Shown here: piece after piece, positions 1-11,796 of the stretch
How the letters are laid out: each line of letters opens with the position of its first letter
How positions within the stretch are numbered: the first letter of the stretch is position 1
Source of the DNA: an uncultured Myxococcales bacterium
GTDB lineage: Bacteria; Myxococcota_A; UBA9042
Direction: 5' to 3'
Assembly: GCA_937910235.1 (NCBI GenBank)
Contig: CALENB010000101.1
Span: forward strand, 2,098 to 66,097
Length of the DNA: 64,000 nt
The notes under the pieces: model-generated
Database searches by the model: none
What the model saw: the letters and a program-made list of their open reading frames with translations, nothing else
What the model was told of the DNA's origin: nothing
Position numbers and translations under genes: made by a program

Positions 1-1367
1 CGAAATGGGCGACCTGGAAGCATTTTCGGGAGTTGGAGGCGAAGGGGCTGATCATGTTTGGCCAGATGACGGCAGGATCGTGGATCTACATCGGCACCCA
101 AGGCATCGTTCAGGGCACCTATGAGACGTTTGCCGCGGCTGGCCGCGTCCATTATGGCGACGCACCCGGCTTCGACCCCAAGCTGCCCCTGCGTGGCAAG
201 CTCGTCGTCACGGCGGGGCTCGGTGGGATGGGCGGCGCGCAGCCTCTGGCCGCCGTGTTGGCGGGCGCCGCGTTTCTGGCCGCAGAGGTTGATCCGGTGC
301 GCTTGCAGCGCCGCTTGGCCACGCAGTACCTCGATGAGGTCGCAGACAGCATCGACGGCGCGATCGATCTGGCCTTGGCGTACAAGGCCGCCGGCGCTGG
401 CAAGAGCGTCGGCGTGTGCTGCACCGCCATCGATCTGCTGCGGCGCATGGCTGAGCGTGGCCTCGACCCCGATCTGCTGACCGATCAGACCTCAGCGCAC
501 GACCCCATGGTCGGCTATCACCCGCAGGGCCTCAGCTTGGCGGAGGCTGAGGCGCTGCGCACGAGCAGCCCCACGGGCTTCGTCACCCGCGTCCGCAACG
601 ACATTGTGCGGCACGTGCGGCTCATGGCCGAGGCGGTCAAGCGCGGCGTGCACGTCGTCGACTACGGCAACAACCTGCGCGGGGAGGCGGTGCTCGGCGG
701 GCTGAGTGAAGACGTCGCGTTCTCCTTCCCTGGATTTGTGCCGGCGTACATCCGACCGCGATTTTGCCGCGGCGAGGGGCCCTTTCGCTGGGTGGCCCTG
801 AGCGGCGATCCAGAGGACATCTTCGCCACCGATCGCGCCATCGCCGCGCTGTTTCCCGACAACGCTGGCGTGCAGCAATGGCTGAGCGAAGGCGCGCCGC
901 GCATCGCGTTCCAGGGGCTGCCGGCGCGGATCTGCTGGTTGGGGCTCGGCGAGCGCGCAAAAGCGGGGCTAAAGTTCAACGAGATGGTGGCCTCCGGCGA
1001 GCTCAAGGCGCCGATCGCCATCGGTCGGGATCACCTCGACACAGGCAGCGTGGCGTCGCCCAACCGTGAGACCGAGGCGATGAAAGACGGCTCCGATGCC
1101 ATCAGTGATTGGGTGTTTCTCAACGCCTTGGCAAACGCCGCGAGCGGGGCGACGTGGGTGAGCGTGCACCACGGCGGCGGCGTCGGCATGGGCTATTCGC
1201 AGCATTCAGGCGTGGTGATCGTGGCAGACGGCACCGAAGCCGCGGCCAAGCGACTGCAGCGTGTGCTGACCAACGATCCGACCGTGGGGGTGATCCGGCA
1301 CGCCGACGCCGGCTATGAGCTGGCGCAGCAGACCGCGGCAGAGCGCGGTGTGGACTTGGCGCGATGA
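1..1367 (+). CDS. hutU: Urocanate hydratase, 5'-truncated at the window edge
   Basis: The reading frame runs from the window start: [43 protein letters not shown]... This is the conserved urocanase core and C-terminus. It ends with an ATGA overlap into hutI. Confidence 0.9.
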   Translation, partial: KWATWKHFRELEAKGLIMFGQMTAGSWIYIGTQGIVQGTYETFAAAGRVHYGDAPGFDPKLPLRGKLVVTAGLGGMGGAQPLAAVLAGAAFLAAEVDPVRLQRRLATQYLDEVADSIDGAIDLALAYKAAGAGKSVGVCCTAIDLLRRMAERGLDPDLLTDQTSAHDPMVGYHPQGLSLAEAEALRTSSPTGFVTRVRNDIVRHVRLMAEAVKRGVHVVDYGNNLRGEAVLGGLSEDVAFSFPGFVPAYIRPRFCRGEGPFRWVALSGDPEDIFATDRAIAALFPDNAGVQQWLSEGAPRIAFQGLPARICWLGLGERAKAGLKFNEMVASGELKAPIAIGRDHLDTGSVASPNRETEAMKDGSDAISDWVFLNALANAASGATWVSVHHGGGVGMGYSQHSGVVIVADGTEAAAKRLQRVLTNDPTVGVIRHADAGYELAQQTAAERGVDLAR

Positions 1368-2656
1368 TCCAAGCGCAACCCGAACGCCTCCGGCTCACCG
1401 GCGTCGGCTGGCTGCTGACGGGCGACGGTCCTGAACGGGGACCTGTGCGCGACTGGCACGCGCTCGGGCTGCGTGGCCCCTGCGAGCTGCTGCTGGGACG
1501 CTCGCCGCGACCGCCTGCGGGCGTCCAAGCGCCGTGGATCCTCGCGGGTATCGCAGATCCGGGCGGTTTCTCGGCGACCCCAACCCAGCGCACCGTAGAT
1601 CTAGGCGGTCTGGGCCTCACGCCAGCGTGGGTCGACGCTCACACGCACGCTGTGTTCGCTGGCGACCGCGCCGCAGAGTTCAACCAGCGGCTCGCCGGTC
1701 GCAGCTACGCCGAGATCGCCGCGGAGGGCGGCGGCATCCTGCGCACAATGCAGGCGACACGCGCCGCGTCCGTGCACGAGCTCGTGGCAGCGGCCACCCC
1801 GCGGCTGCGCGAGATGATGGATTGGGGTTGTCGGGTCGTCGAGATCAAGACCGGCTATGGCCTCGACGGCGCCAGCGAGGTGCGGCTGCTGCGCGCCATC
1901 GGGCGGCTCGCGCAGCAGTTCGCCGGCGCGCTGCAGATCATCGCGACGGCGATGCCCGCCCACGCCGTGCCGCCTGAGTTCAAGGCCGATCCCGACCGGT
2001 ATGTGTCGGTGGTCTGCGAAGAGATCTTGCCGGCGATGGCCGCTGAGGGCGTGCCTTGCCCCTTCGTCGACGTGTTTGTGGAGGGCGGCTACTTCAACGT
2101 CGCGCAGGCCGATCGCATCGCCGACGCCGGCGCGGCGCTGGGCATGGCGCTCAAAGCCCACGTCGACGAGTTCGCCGACATCGGCGGCGTTCGCTGGGCC
2201 GTGGCGCGCGGTGCGACCAGCGTGGAGCACCTGCTGGTGAGCGGACCGGCCGCCATCGCCGCGCTCGCTGCCAGCGACACTGTGGCGGTGTGCCTGCCGC
2301 TAACGAGCGTGTTTCTGCGCGAAGGCTACGCACCTATGCGGGCCATGGTGGACGCAGGCTGTCGCGTCGCGGTGGCCACCGACTGCAACCCTGGCTCGGC
2401 GATGAGCACCAACCTGCACCTCGCCATGCAGCTGGCCGTGCTCGGCGGTCACCTCACCCCGCAGGAGGCCATGCGAGGCGTCACGCGCGGCGGCGCGGCG
2501 GCGCTGGGTGGCGACGCGGGGCCACTGGCCTGGGATGGGCGGCTGCGGATCGGCGGCGCCTTTCGCGCGACGGCGCTGGCCATCGATGGGCCAGACCGGC
2601 TGTTTTACGAGCTAGGCGCGCCGCCGCGGGCGCGGCCATTGCCCCATTTCGGCTAA
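1364..2656 (+). CDS. hutI: Imidazolonepropionase
   Basis: 430 aa with amidohydrolase metal ligands ([13 protein letters not shown]..., HVDEFAD). Start is translationally coupled to hutU (ATGA overlap). Confidence 0.88.
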   Translation: MIQAQPERLRLTGVGWLLTGDGPERGPVRDWHALGLRGPCELLLGRSPRPPAGVQAPWILAGIADPGGFSATPTQRTVDLGGLGLTPAWVDAHTHAVFAGDRAAEFNQRLAGRSYAEIAAEGGGILRTMQATRAASVHELVAAATPRLREMMDWGCRVVEIKTGYGLDGASEVRLLRAIGRLAQQFAGALQIIATAMPAHAVPPEFKADPDRYVSVVCEEILPAMAAEGVPCPFVDVFVEGGYFNVAQADRIADAGAALGMALKAHVDEFADIGGVRWAVARGATSVEHLLVSGPAAIAALAASDTVAVCLPLTSVFLREGYAPMRAMVDAGCRVAVATDCNPGSAMSTNLHLAMQLAVLGGHLTPQEAMRGVTRGGAAALGGDAGPLAWDGRLRIGGAFRATALAIDGPDRLFYELGAPPRARPLPHFG

Positions 2657-2669
2657 CCCACGCGCGCGC

Positions 2670-4325
<1,656 letters not shown>

Positions 4326-4378
4326 GGCGGGGCTCCTCTGGTGGGGGGCGAGAGGTTAGTCGCTCGTCGGCGCCCCGG

Positions 4379-5725
4379 CTAGATCGGCGCCAGATCGGCG
4401 CTAAAGTGCCGAAGGGCAGCGGGTGCGCGGGTGATCTGGTAGCCCGGCAACGTGCTCGCCCGGGTCACGACGCGCTCGGCGACCTCGATGACATAGTCGA
4501 CGTGCGCTTGGGTATAGACCCGCCGCGGCATCGCCAAGCGCACGAGCTCGCGCGGGCTTCCGGGGAACATCAACGAGCCCAGCTCCACGGCGCGCACGCC
4601 CCCCTCGAGGTACAGGGCGTTGATCAGGCTGATGCCCGGAAAGGTGTCGGCGGCGAGGTGCGGCAGCAGCAGGTGGGCGTCGATGTAGACCGCGTGGCCA
4701 CCGGGCGGCATCACGACCGGTACACCGACGGCCTGCAGCCGCTCTGCGAAGTAGGCGATGGTGCGGGTGCGATAGTGCAAATAGTCCTCGTCGAGCGCCT
4801 CGAGCAGCCCGACCGCGAGCGCCTCCAGGTCGCGACCGGCGAGGCCGCCATAGGTGGGGAAGCCTTCCGTCAAGATCAGCTCGTTTTTCATCTGCTGGTG
4901 CCAGTCGGGATCTTTCACCGCGAGCAGGCCGCCGATGTTGACGATGCCGTCCTTCTTGGCGCTCATGGTGAAGCCGTCGGCGTAGCTGAACATCTCGCGC
5001 ACGATCGACTCAAGGTCGCGGTCGCCGTAGCCGGGATCGCGCTGCTTGATGAACCAAGCGTTCTCTGCGAAGCGGGCCGCGTCGAGAAAAAACGGCACGT
5101 TTGCGGCGTCGCAGCGCTCCCGGACCGCGCGCAGGTTGGTCATGCTGACGGGCTGACCACCGACGGCGTTGTTGGTCACCGTGACCATCACCATCGCCAC
5201 AAGCGGCACCGCCCGGGCGGCGTCTTCGGCCAAAGCGGCGTCGAGCGCGTCGAGGTCCATGTCCCCCGCGAAGTCACCGCCGCTGCCCACCGGCAAGTCG
5301 ATAGCGACGGCGCCGACGGCCTCAAAGTTCGCGCGCGTCGTGTCGAAGTGCGTGTTGTTGAGGATGATCTGACCCGGCTTGATCACCGTGCGCGACAGGA
5401 TGCGCTCTGCGGCGCGGCCCTGATGGCAGGGAAAGACGTTGGTGAAGCCCGTGAGGCGCTCGACCACGGTCTGCAGCGCGAAGTACGAGTTGGAGCCGGC
5501 GTAGCTCTCATCGCCCCGCATCAGCGCCGCCCACTGCGCGCTGCTCATGGCGCCGGTGCCGGAGTCGGTCAACAGATCGATGGTCACCGCGGCGGCGGGC
5601 AGCTTGAACAGGTTGTACGCCGCGGTCTTCAGCGCGACTTCCCGCTCGGGGCGGGTCAGGATCGGGATCGCCTCAACCGACTTGATGCGAAACGGCTCAA
5701 TGATCGTCTTGAAGTCCCAAGTCAT
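4379..5725 (-). CDS. tnaA: Tryptophanase / tyrosine phenol-lyase family (PLP beta-eliminating lyase)
   Basis: Near full-length match to the E. coli TnaA pattern (MTWDFKTIIEPFRIKSVE..., DLLTDSGTGAMS, SAKKDGIVNIGGLL). I chose the start at MTWDFK. The ORF extends in frame to 5881 and there is an alternative ATG at 5749. Confidence 0.85.
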   Translation of the reverse strand: MTWDFKTIIEPFRIKSVEAIPILTRPEREVALKTAAYNLFKLPAAAVTIDLLTDSGTGAMSSAQWAALMRGDESYAGSNSYFALQTVVERLTGFTNVFPCHQGRAAERILSRTVIKPGQIILNNTHFDTTRANFEAVGAVAIDLPVGSGGDFAGDMDLDALDAALAEDAARAVPLVAMVMVTVTNNAVGGQPVSMTNLRAVRERCDAANVPFFLDAARFAENAWFIKQRDPGYGDRDLESIVREMFSYADGFTMSAKKDGIVNIGGLLAVKDPDWHQQMKNELILTEGFPTYGGLAGRDLEALAVGLLEALDEDYLHYRTRTIAYFAERLQAVGVPVVMPPGGHAVYIDAHLLLPHLAADTFPGISLINALYLEGGVRAVELGSLMFPGSPRELVRLAMPRRVYTQAHVDYVIEVAERVVTRASTLPGYQITRAPAALRHFSADLAPI

Positions 5726-5844
5726 GCTCCTCCCGCGGCGGCCTGACATCGGCCGATCTTGGCGAGAAGATAGTTTTGCGGCGCACGATTTCTGAAAACT
5801 CTCGCCAAGACCGCAAAAAACCGCAAAACCGACGTCATTGGACG

Positions 5845-7671
5845 CTACCAGACCGGCGCTTTGGACCACGCCTCGGGCCACGGCTCGCCGCGATTTCCGG
5901 GGATATCCGCGCCGCTGGCGCCCGTGACGAAGTTGGCGGCGTCGGCGAACGCGCGCTCGGTGGAGGTGCGCTCACCGCGCTGCCTGAGCCCGGCGAGCTG
6001 ACCACCGACGCGGACCCGCACCACCTCATGCGGCGCGGCGCGCAGGTCGACCAGGGCGCCCTTGCGCTTGGCGTTCATCAGCTGCTCTTCGTTGCCGATG
6101 GGGTCGGCGACGGTCTTGGCCTTCAGCGTCCAGATCAACAGGCTCGTCGGCGCCTCGTTGGGGTACGTCGTGGCGAGCAGGTCGGCGTGATCATAGAACT
6201 GCTTGCCGATGTCGTTCTGATTGACTGGGCCCGCCATCAGGCAGATGCCGGCCAGCAGATCGCAAGCGTCGGGGACGTCCACGACGCCCATAAACTCGGC
6301 GTACAGCGCGCCGCGGGCCGCCGCAGCACCACAGGCTTGCAGCGCCAACTCCCAGTCCAGCCCAGCCCGCGACAAGGCGCGCCGGGACACGCCGGTGATG
6401 TAGACCCGCTGGCCCACCAACGCGAACGCCTTGCGGCTCTTCTCGGCGTTTCTCGTAAAGATCCGCCCCGCCGGCAGGTCGATCCACTTTGGCATGAACT
6501 TGATGACCTGATCCGTCACCGCGCTCAGCATGGCGCTCAGCTGCTGCAGTCGCTCGTTGCCACCCGCCGACAGGACGTCGATGCGATCGAGCAGCAGCAC
6601 CTCCTTGGCGACCTCACGGGAGAGCCCGGTCCAATGGGCGAAGGCGTTGTAGGCGGCGCGACCGGCCTGCACCGTCAGCTCGTCGGGTACATCCATGCCC
6701 TGCGATTGCTGGTAGGGCTCGGGCGCTTTCGGCTCGGCGTTGACCCCAGGCAGCACCCGCTCCGAGCGAAACGCGATCAGGTTGGCGGCGATCTTTCGCG
6801 CGCTGTCGGCCGGAAAATCCAGGCGCTGCGCGGCGGCGACCTGGCCCACCTGGGCGACGAGGCTGATGCGCCAACCGAGGGCTTTGTCCTCCAGCCGCAG
6901 GCCGCACAGCTCCTCCAAGCCCCGGATCATGGGCCGATTGCCCGCCCGCGGCGCACCACAGAAGGGCGCCATAAAGATCTGCGCGCGGCGCCGCCCGTTC
7001 GAGGCCAACACGGCGGCGCGCTCCATGGCGTCCGCCAAGATGCCGAGGTGCAGGTTGCGCAGGTAGCCGATGGTCGGGATGTCGTCGACGTGGCGCGTGC
7101 GTTTGTTCCACAGCCGCCACGGCACGGTGAGCAAGCTCGCCACGGGTTTGTGGCCAACCAGCGTGAGCAGCGCGGTGAAGGGGGTGCGGTAGGGGCGGGT
7201 CATCACCACGTGGGTCATCTGCGCGTCATCGAGGACCTCGGCTTCCCGCTGGTCGAGGCCGCGCAGCAGGTGCGCGATGCGGCGGCTGTCTTCCGGGCCG
7301 AAGGTGACCTGCTTCTGGCCACGAAAGTTGGTGGACTGCCGCGCCGACAGCACGCCGAGGCTCGCCTCTTCAAACAGCTCGCGCTCCAAGATCGGCGCGG
7401 CCGGCTCAAACGCGGTGGGTCGATCGAGCGCCAGCAGCTGCAGCGCGGCGGCGGCCTCGGGCTGGGTCAGCGGGACCCGGGTGCGATAGCCCACGGGCGA
7501 CCCGGACTGTAGTGAAGTGGGGAGGTGATAGCGGTTGCGCTTCTCGCCCTCGGGCGCGAAGTCAGCGTCGCGGCGCCGTTGCAGCGACGGCGCTGGCGGC
7601 TCGATCGTGACCACCTCCAGGTGCTTCGGCGCGGCCTCTGGTGCGTACGGACGAGGGGTTTTGATGACCAT
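5845..7671 (-). CDS. Conserved hypothetical protein (608 aa), no recognisable domain
   Basis: Long ORF with GC-biased codon usage. It lies upstream of tnaA on the same strand and is divergent from the PHP-domain gene. I see no catalytic motifs. Confidence 0.5.
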   Translation of the reverse strand: MVIKTPRPYAPEAAPKHLEVVTIEPPAPSLQRRRDADFAPEGEKRNRYHLPTSLQSGSPVGYRTRVPLTQPEAAAALQLLALDRPTAFEPAAPILERELFEEASLGVLSARQSTNFRGQKQVTFGPEDSRRIAHLLRGLDQREAEVLDDAQMTHVVMTRPYRTPFTALLTLVGHKPVASLLTVPWRLWNKRTRHVDDIPTIGYLRNLHLGILADAMERAAVLASNGRRRAQIFMAPFCGAPRAGNRPMIRGLEELCGLRLEDKALGWRISLVAQVGQVAAAQRLDFPADSARKIAANLIAFRSERVLPGVNAEPKAPEPYQQSQGMDVPDELTVQAGRAAYNAFAHWTGLSREVAKEVLLLDRIDVLSAGGNERLQQLSAMLSAVTDQVIKFMPKWIDLPAGRIFTRNAEKSRKAFALVGQRVYITGVSRRALSRAGLDWELALQACGAAAARGALYAEFMGVVDVPDACDLLAGICLMAGPVNQNDIGKQFYDHADLLATTYPNEAPTSLLIWTLKAKTVADPIGNEEQLMNAKRKGALVDLRAAPHEVVRVRVGGQLAGLRQRGERTSTERAFADAANFVTGASGADIPGNRGEPWPEAWSKAPVW

Positions 7672-7935
7672 GAAGCTGCTCCGGCGAACGACGGCTAGGG
7701 TGGCTACGTCATCGCGTGAAGCGACGGATAAGGCCCTAGATCGTGGGATGTGGCGGATCGCATAGCACAGGCGGTGGTGGTGCGGTCAAGCGGCTCCAAA
7801 TCCGATACTGTGGTGCGGACTTGGAGGTCGTTCATGGTCGCAACCCATCTAGCCCCGCACGAAAATCGCCCTGCCGCGGTTCAGTCGCGTAGACCGGCCG
7901 CCCGGGTCTGCGGCGTCAACCTCGCCGCGGTCGCG

Positions 7936-10617
7936 ATGTTATCGCTAAATCTACTGGTTTTATCGGCCTCGTCGGCCGGCTGCAGCGAGCCCGTGGACGA
8001 CGGTGTTGGCGCCTTCGACGTCTCAACGACTGGCGGCTGCGTCGGCGCCTTCTGCCTCGATGACGTTCAGGCCGGCGACGCCACCCGCTCGGGCGACACG
8101 GCGGGCGCGCTGCCGACCGCGCGCTGCCCAGGCACACCGGTCTGCGCGGTGCGTTTTGGCCTCACCGACGACGACAACCCCTGGTTTCGTGGGCCGCTAG
8201 CGGCGGTGGGAGGGTCGCCGGAAGACGTGATCTTGACCAATGGGCTGGCGCGCTACGTCATCCGCGGCGCGGCGAAAGGCGCGGCGATGTACGGCACCAC
8301 GGGTGGCAACCTCGTCGACGTCGGCCGCATCGCCTACCAGTCCTTCACCGGAGCGCCCATCGCGCCGGTCGATCCGCTGCGCGAGATCGTCCTGACGGTG
8401 GGTATGCACCTGGTGCGGGCCGACAAGATCGAGATCGTCGACGATGGCAGCAAGGGCGAGGCGCGGGTGCGGGTCAGCGGGCCGCTCGTCGCCTTTCCGA
8501 CGCTCGAGGAGGCGCTCAGCCTGCCCTTGCCGAAGCTGAAGGTGACTCACGAATACGTGCTCCGGGCCGGCACCACCGCGCTCGAGGTGCGCACGACGCT
8601 GGTGCCCGACGGCGTCGAGACCGAGACGGCCCTGATCGCGGACATCATGTTCTGGGGCGGCGAGGTCGGGCTGTATCTGCCGGGCTTCGGCGACCAAGCG
8701 CTGCCGACGACGAGCCAGAGCGACACCATCGGGTTCACGCCGCGACGGACGGCGCTTGTGCAGAACAATACGGTGTTTTCGTGTGCGATCAGCGCGAAGA
8801 AGAAGATGTCGACCATCGACGCGGGCGCGATCAAGGCGTTTTTGCACGGCAACGTCGTCGTAACGGCGGCGGGGCTGACGATCACGCGCTACCTGGCCTG
8901 TGGCGGCCGGGACGGCAGGGATCTAGCGGCGGCGATGGCGGAAGCCCGCGGGGCCGTCGCGCCCGGGGTAGCGACCAAACAGGTGAAGGGGTTCACGCTC
9001 ACCCCGTTGGGCGGTGTCGTCGTCGAGGTGCTGGACGCCAAGCACAAGCGCCTGACGCGCTGTGACGTGACCCAATCTGGCGATTTCAGCTGCCCGGTTC
9101 CAACCGGGGCCGTCGAGCTGGCGACCGGCTGGCTGGGCGACGGCGATCTGGGCCTCGACAGCGGCGGTCAGCCCGCGCTGGGCGAACCCGCGCCGACCGA
9201 TTCGCAGAGCCTGAAGCCGCCGAATCCGGCGCGCCTCAAGATCAAGGCGACCCGCGGCGGCGCGCTGATCCCGGTGCGCGTGACGCTGCGACCGACCGAG
9301 GCGAGCGCGGACAAGCTGCGGCGGCGGTTTTTTGCCGACACCGACGGCGAGGCGACCCACCTCATGCCACCCGGCACCTACGACCTCTACCTCAACGCTG
9401 GGCCCCTCGCGGCGATGCACCATGAGCAGGTGACGCTCAAGGCCGACAAACTCGTGACGGTGACGGCCGAGCTGCCGCTGGTGGTCCAGGCGCCGGGCTG
9501 GATCGCTGCAGACCTGCACGTGCACGCCGAGCCCTCCTCGGACAGCTCGGTGCCCGTGGACCGGCGGCTCGCTGGCGCGGTGGTCGAGCGGGTCGACTAC
9601 GTGGTGGCTACCGACCACGACACGCCGACGGACTATCGCGACTGGATCGGCATCAACGATCGCGTGAAGAAGGGCGCGGGCAGCTGCATCGGCGTCGGCG
9701 CGCTCGGCGCGCAGGTGTTGCCGGCGATCGGCGAGGAGGTCTCCACCCTCAAGACCGGCCACTTCAACGTCTGGCCCATGCAAGCCGGCCCAGACGGCGC
9801 CGTCGCATGGTTCGAGCTCGGCCCCGAGGCGCTGCTCAAGGCGGTGCATGGCGGCGACCCGAACCGTGTCGTGCAGTGCAATCACCCGCGCTTCGAGAGC
9901 TTCTCGTACTTCAAGGCGATCGGCTTTCAGGCCGAGACGACGGCGAAAAAGCTGCTGCAATGCGATCTGATCGAGGTGATCAACGGCATCGGTCACCAGG
10001 AGACGCCCCAGGTCATCGTCGACTGGCTCGGCCTGCTGGCGCGGGGTATTCGCATCACGGCGACGGGCACGAGCGACTGCCACGGCACGTCGGACTTCAT
10101 CGGCAACCCACGCACCTGGGTCTTTGTCGGCGAGGCGGCGGCCGAGGCCCTGTGCACCGGCGGCGCCACCGTCGTCGACAAGGCCTTGGTCGCTGGCCGC
10201 GCGGTGGCGAGCGCCGGGCCGATGTTGACGGTGAAGGTGACCCGCAACGCGGACGTGGCGACGATCGGCGGGCTGCTGCCAGCGTCGACTGGTGGCATGG
10301 ACAACGCGGCGACCATTGAGGTTCGTATCGCGGCACCCGACTGGCTGCCGCTCGGCACGGTGGAGGTCTACGTCGGCCAGAAGAAGGTGAAGAGCGAAGA
10401 CGTGAGCGCCGCCGTGGTGAAGGACGGCGCGCGGGAGGTGGCGCTCAGCCTGCCGATGGCGACGACGCTGACCGACACGACCGTGGTGGCGGTGCATGTG
10501 CCGAAGCCGGGGGCTGACGGTTGGCCGGGGATCCATCGGCCGGCGTGGGCGGTGACCAACCCGGTGCTGATCGACGGCGACGGCGACGGCAAGTGGTTCG
10601 GCCAGGCGCAGCCCTAG
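7936..10617 (+). CDS. Secreted lipoprotein with C-terminal PHP-type metal-dependent phosphoesterase domain (CehA/McbA-like)
   Basis: Signal peptide with lipobox (MLSLNLLVLSASSAGC). PHP motifs DLHVHAEPSSDS, VATDHD and CNHPRF are present. The ORF extends upstream to 7750 but the signal peptide begins at 7936. Confidence 0.6.
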   Translation: MLSLNLLVLSASSAGCSEPVDDGVGAFDVSTTGGCVGAFCLDDVQAGDATRSGDTAGALPTARCPGTPVCAVRFGLTDDDNPWFRGPLAAVGGSPEDVILTNGLARYVIRGAAKGAAMYGTTGGNLVDVGRIAYQSFTGAPIAPVDPLREIVLTVGMHLVRADKIEIVDDGSKGEARVRVSGPLVAFPTLEEALSLPLPKLKVTHEYVLRAGTTALEVRTTLVPDGVETETALIADIMFWGGEVGLYLPGFGDQALPTTSQSDTIGFTPRRTALVQNNTVFSCAISAKKKMSTIDAGAIKAFLHGNVVVTAAGLTITRYLACGGRDGRDLAAAMAEARGAVAPGVATKQVKGFTLTPLGGVVVEVLDAKHKRLTRCDVTQSGDFSCPVPTGAVELATGWLGDGDLGLDSGGQPALGEPAPTDSQSLKPPNPARLKIKATRGGALIPVRVTLRPTEASADKLRRRFFADTDGEATHLMPPGTYDLYLNAGPLAAMHHEQVTLKADKLVTVTAELPLVVQAPGWIAADLHVHAEPSSDSSVPVDRRLAGAVVERVDYVVATDHDTPTDYRDWIGINDRVKKGAGSCIGVGALGAQVLPAIGEEVSTLKTGHFNVWPMQAGPDGAVAWFELGPEALLKAVHGGDPNRVVQCNHPRFESFSYFKAIGFQAETTAKKLLQCDLIEVINGIGHQETPQVIVDWLGLLARGIRITATGTSDCHGTSDFIGNPRTWVFVGEAAAEALCTGGATVVDKALVAGRAVASAGPMLTVKVTRNADVATIGGLLPASTGGMDNAATIEVRIAAPDWLPLGTVEVYVGQKKVKSEDVSAAVVKDGAREVALSLPMATTLTDTTVVAVHVPKPGADGWPGIHRPAWAVTNPVLIDGDGDGKWFGQAQP

Positions 10618-10657
10618 GCGTTGCGCGCTAGGCGGCCGGGTTTCGGCGGTGCGCGGG

Positions 10658-11758
10658 CTACTTCGCGGCGGCGACCATGGCGGCCAAGTCCACCGCAAAG
10701 GGCCACCGCGCGACCCCCTGCTCGGTGATGATCGCGGTCACCAGCGCCGCCGGCGTCACGTCAAAAGCGGGGTTCTCGATGCCGATGCCGGCGGGCGCCA
10801 CCTGCAACGGCGGCAGCAGCTCCGCGGGCGCCCAACCACCGACGTGGCTGACCTCTCGGGGCGTGCGCTGCTCGATCGGGATCTCTTTGCCGGTCGGGCA
10901 CGCCAGATCGACCGTCGAGGTCGGCGCCGCGACGTAAAACGGGATGCCGTGGTGTTTGCAGAGCACCGCTACGGCGTAGGTGCCGATCTTGTTGGCGACG
11001 TCGCCGTTCGCCGCGATGCGGTCCGAGCCGACGATCGCCGCGGCGATCCGGCCTTGCTGCATCATCCAGCCCGCCATGTTGTCGGTGATCAGCGTCGCCG
11101 GCAGCTTGTCTTGCACGCACTCCCACGCCGTCAGCCGGGCGCCTTGGAGGAACGGGCGGGTCTCGTCGACCCAGATGTGCAGGTCCTTGCCCGCCGCCAA
11201 GGCCGTGCGCAGCACCCCGAGCGCCGTACCGATGCCACCTGTCGCCAGCGCGCCGGTGTTGCAGTGGTGCAGCACACCGCCCGAATCAGGCAACAACGCA
11301 GCGCCGAAGCGACCCATGGCGGCGCAGGCGGCGCGATCTTCGCTGTGGATCGCCTCAGCCTCGTCTAAAAGCCCGGCCGCACGGCCTGCATCGTCGGTCA
11401 GACCCGCGTCGCGCGCTTGGCGTGCGGCGAGGCGATCGATCGCCCAGAACAGGTTGACCGCGGTCGGTCGCGTCGCGGCAAACCGGGCGCTCCAGTGTCG
11501 CCAGGCTGCGTCCCACGCCTCGCCGGCGGCGACGGCGCGCTGCATCGCTTGGGCGAGCCCGTAGGCCGCCGTGACGCCGATCGCCGGCGCGCCGCGCACC
11601 ACCATGTCGGTGATCGCCTGGGCCACGCGCTCCGGATCGGTGAGGTCGCGCCAGAGCTCCTGCGTCGGCAGCAAGCGCTGGTCGATCAGACGCACCACGA
11701 TGTGACCGGTCGCGTCGGTGTGACAGCTGACCGCCTCGATCTGGGTCGTCGCTTCCAT
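10658..11758 (-). CDS. mtnA: S-methyl-5-thioribose-1-phosphate isomerase
   Basis: 366 aa in the eIF2B/MtnA family (VRGAPAIGVTAAYGLA, CNTGALAT..., GADRIAANGDVANKIGTY). Confidence 0.85.
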   Translation of the reverse strand: MEATTQIEAVSCHTDATGHIVVRLIDQRLLPTQELWRDLTDPERVAQAITDMVVRGAPAIGVTAAYGLAQAMQRAVAAGEAWDAAWRHWSARFAATRPTAVNLFWAIDRLAARQARDAGLTDDAGRAAGLLDEAEAIHSEDRAACAAMGRFGAALLPDSGGVLHHCNTGALATGGIGTALGVLRTALAAGKDLHIWVDETRPFLQGARLTAWECVQDKLPATLITDNMAGWMMQQGRIAAAIVGSDRIAANGDVANKIGTYAVAVLCKHHGIPFYVAAPTSTVDLACPTGKEIPIEQRTPREVSHVGGWAPAELLPPLQVAPAGIGIENPAFDVTPAALVTAIITEQGVARWPFAVDLAAMVAAAK

Positions 11759-11796
11759 GGCCGGCTCCTTTCGCGTGATTCAATGGTTGGCCACGT

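Noticed and set aside
8923-10698. 591-aa minus-strand ORF
   Set aside because: It is antisense to the PHP-domain lipoprotein gene and its translation is Arg-rich and repetitive.
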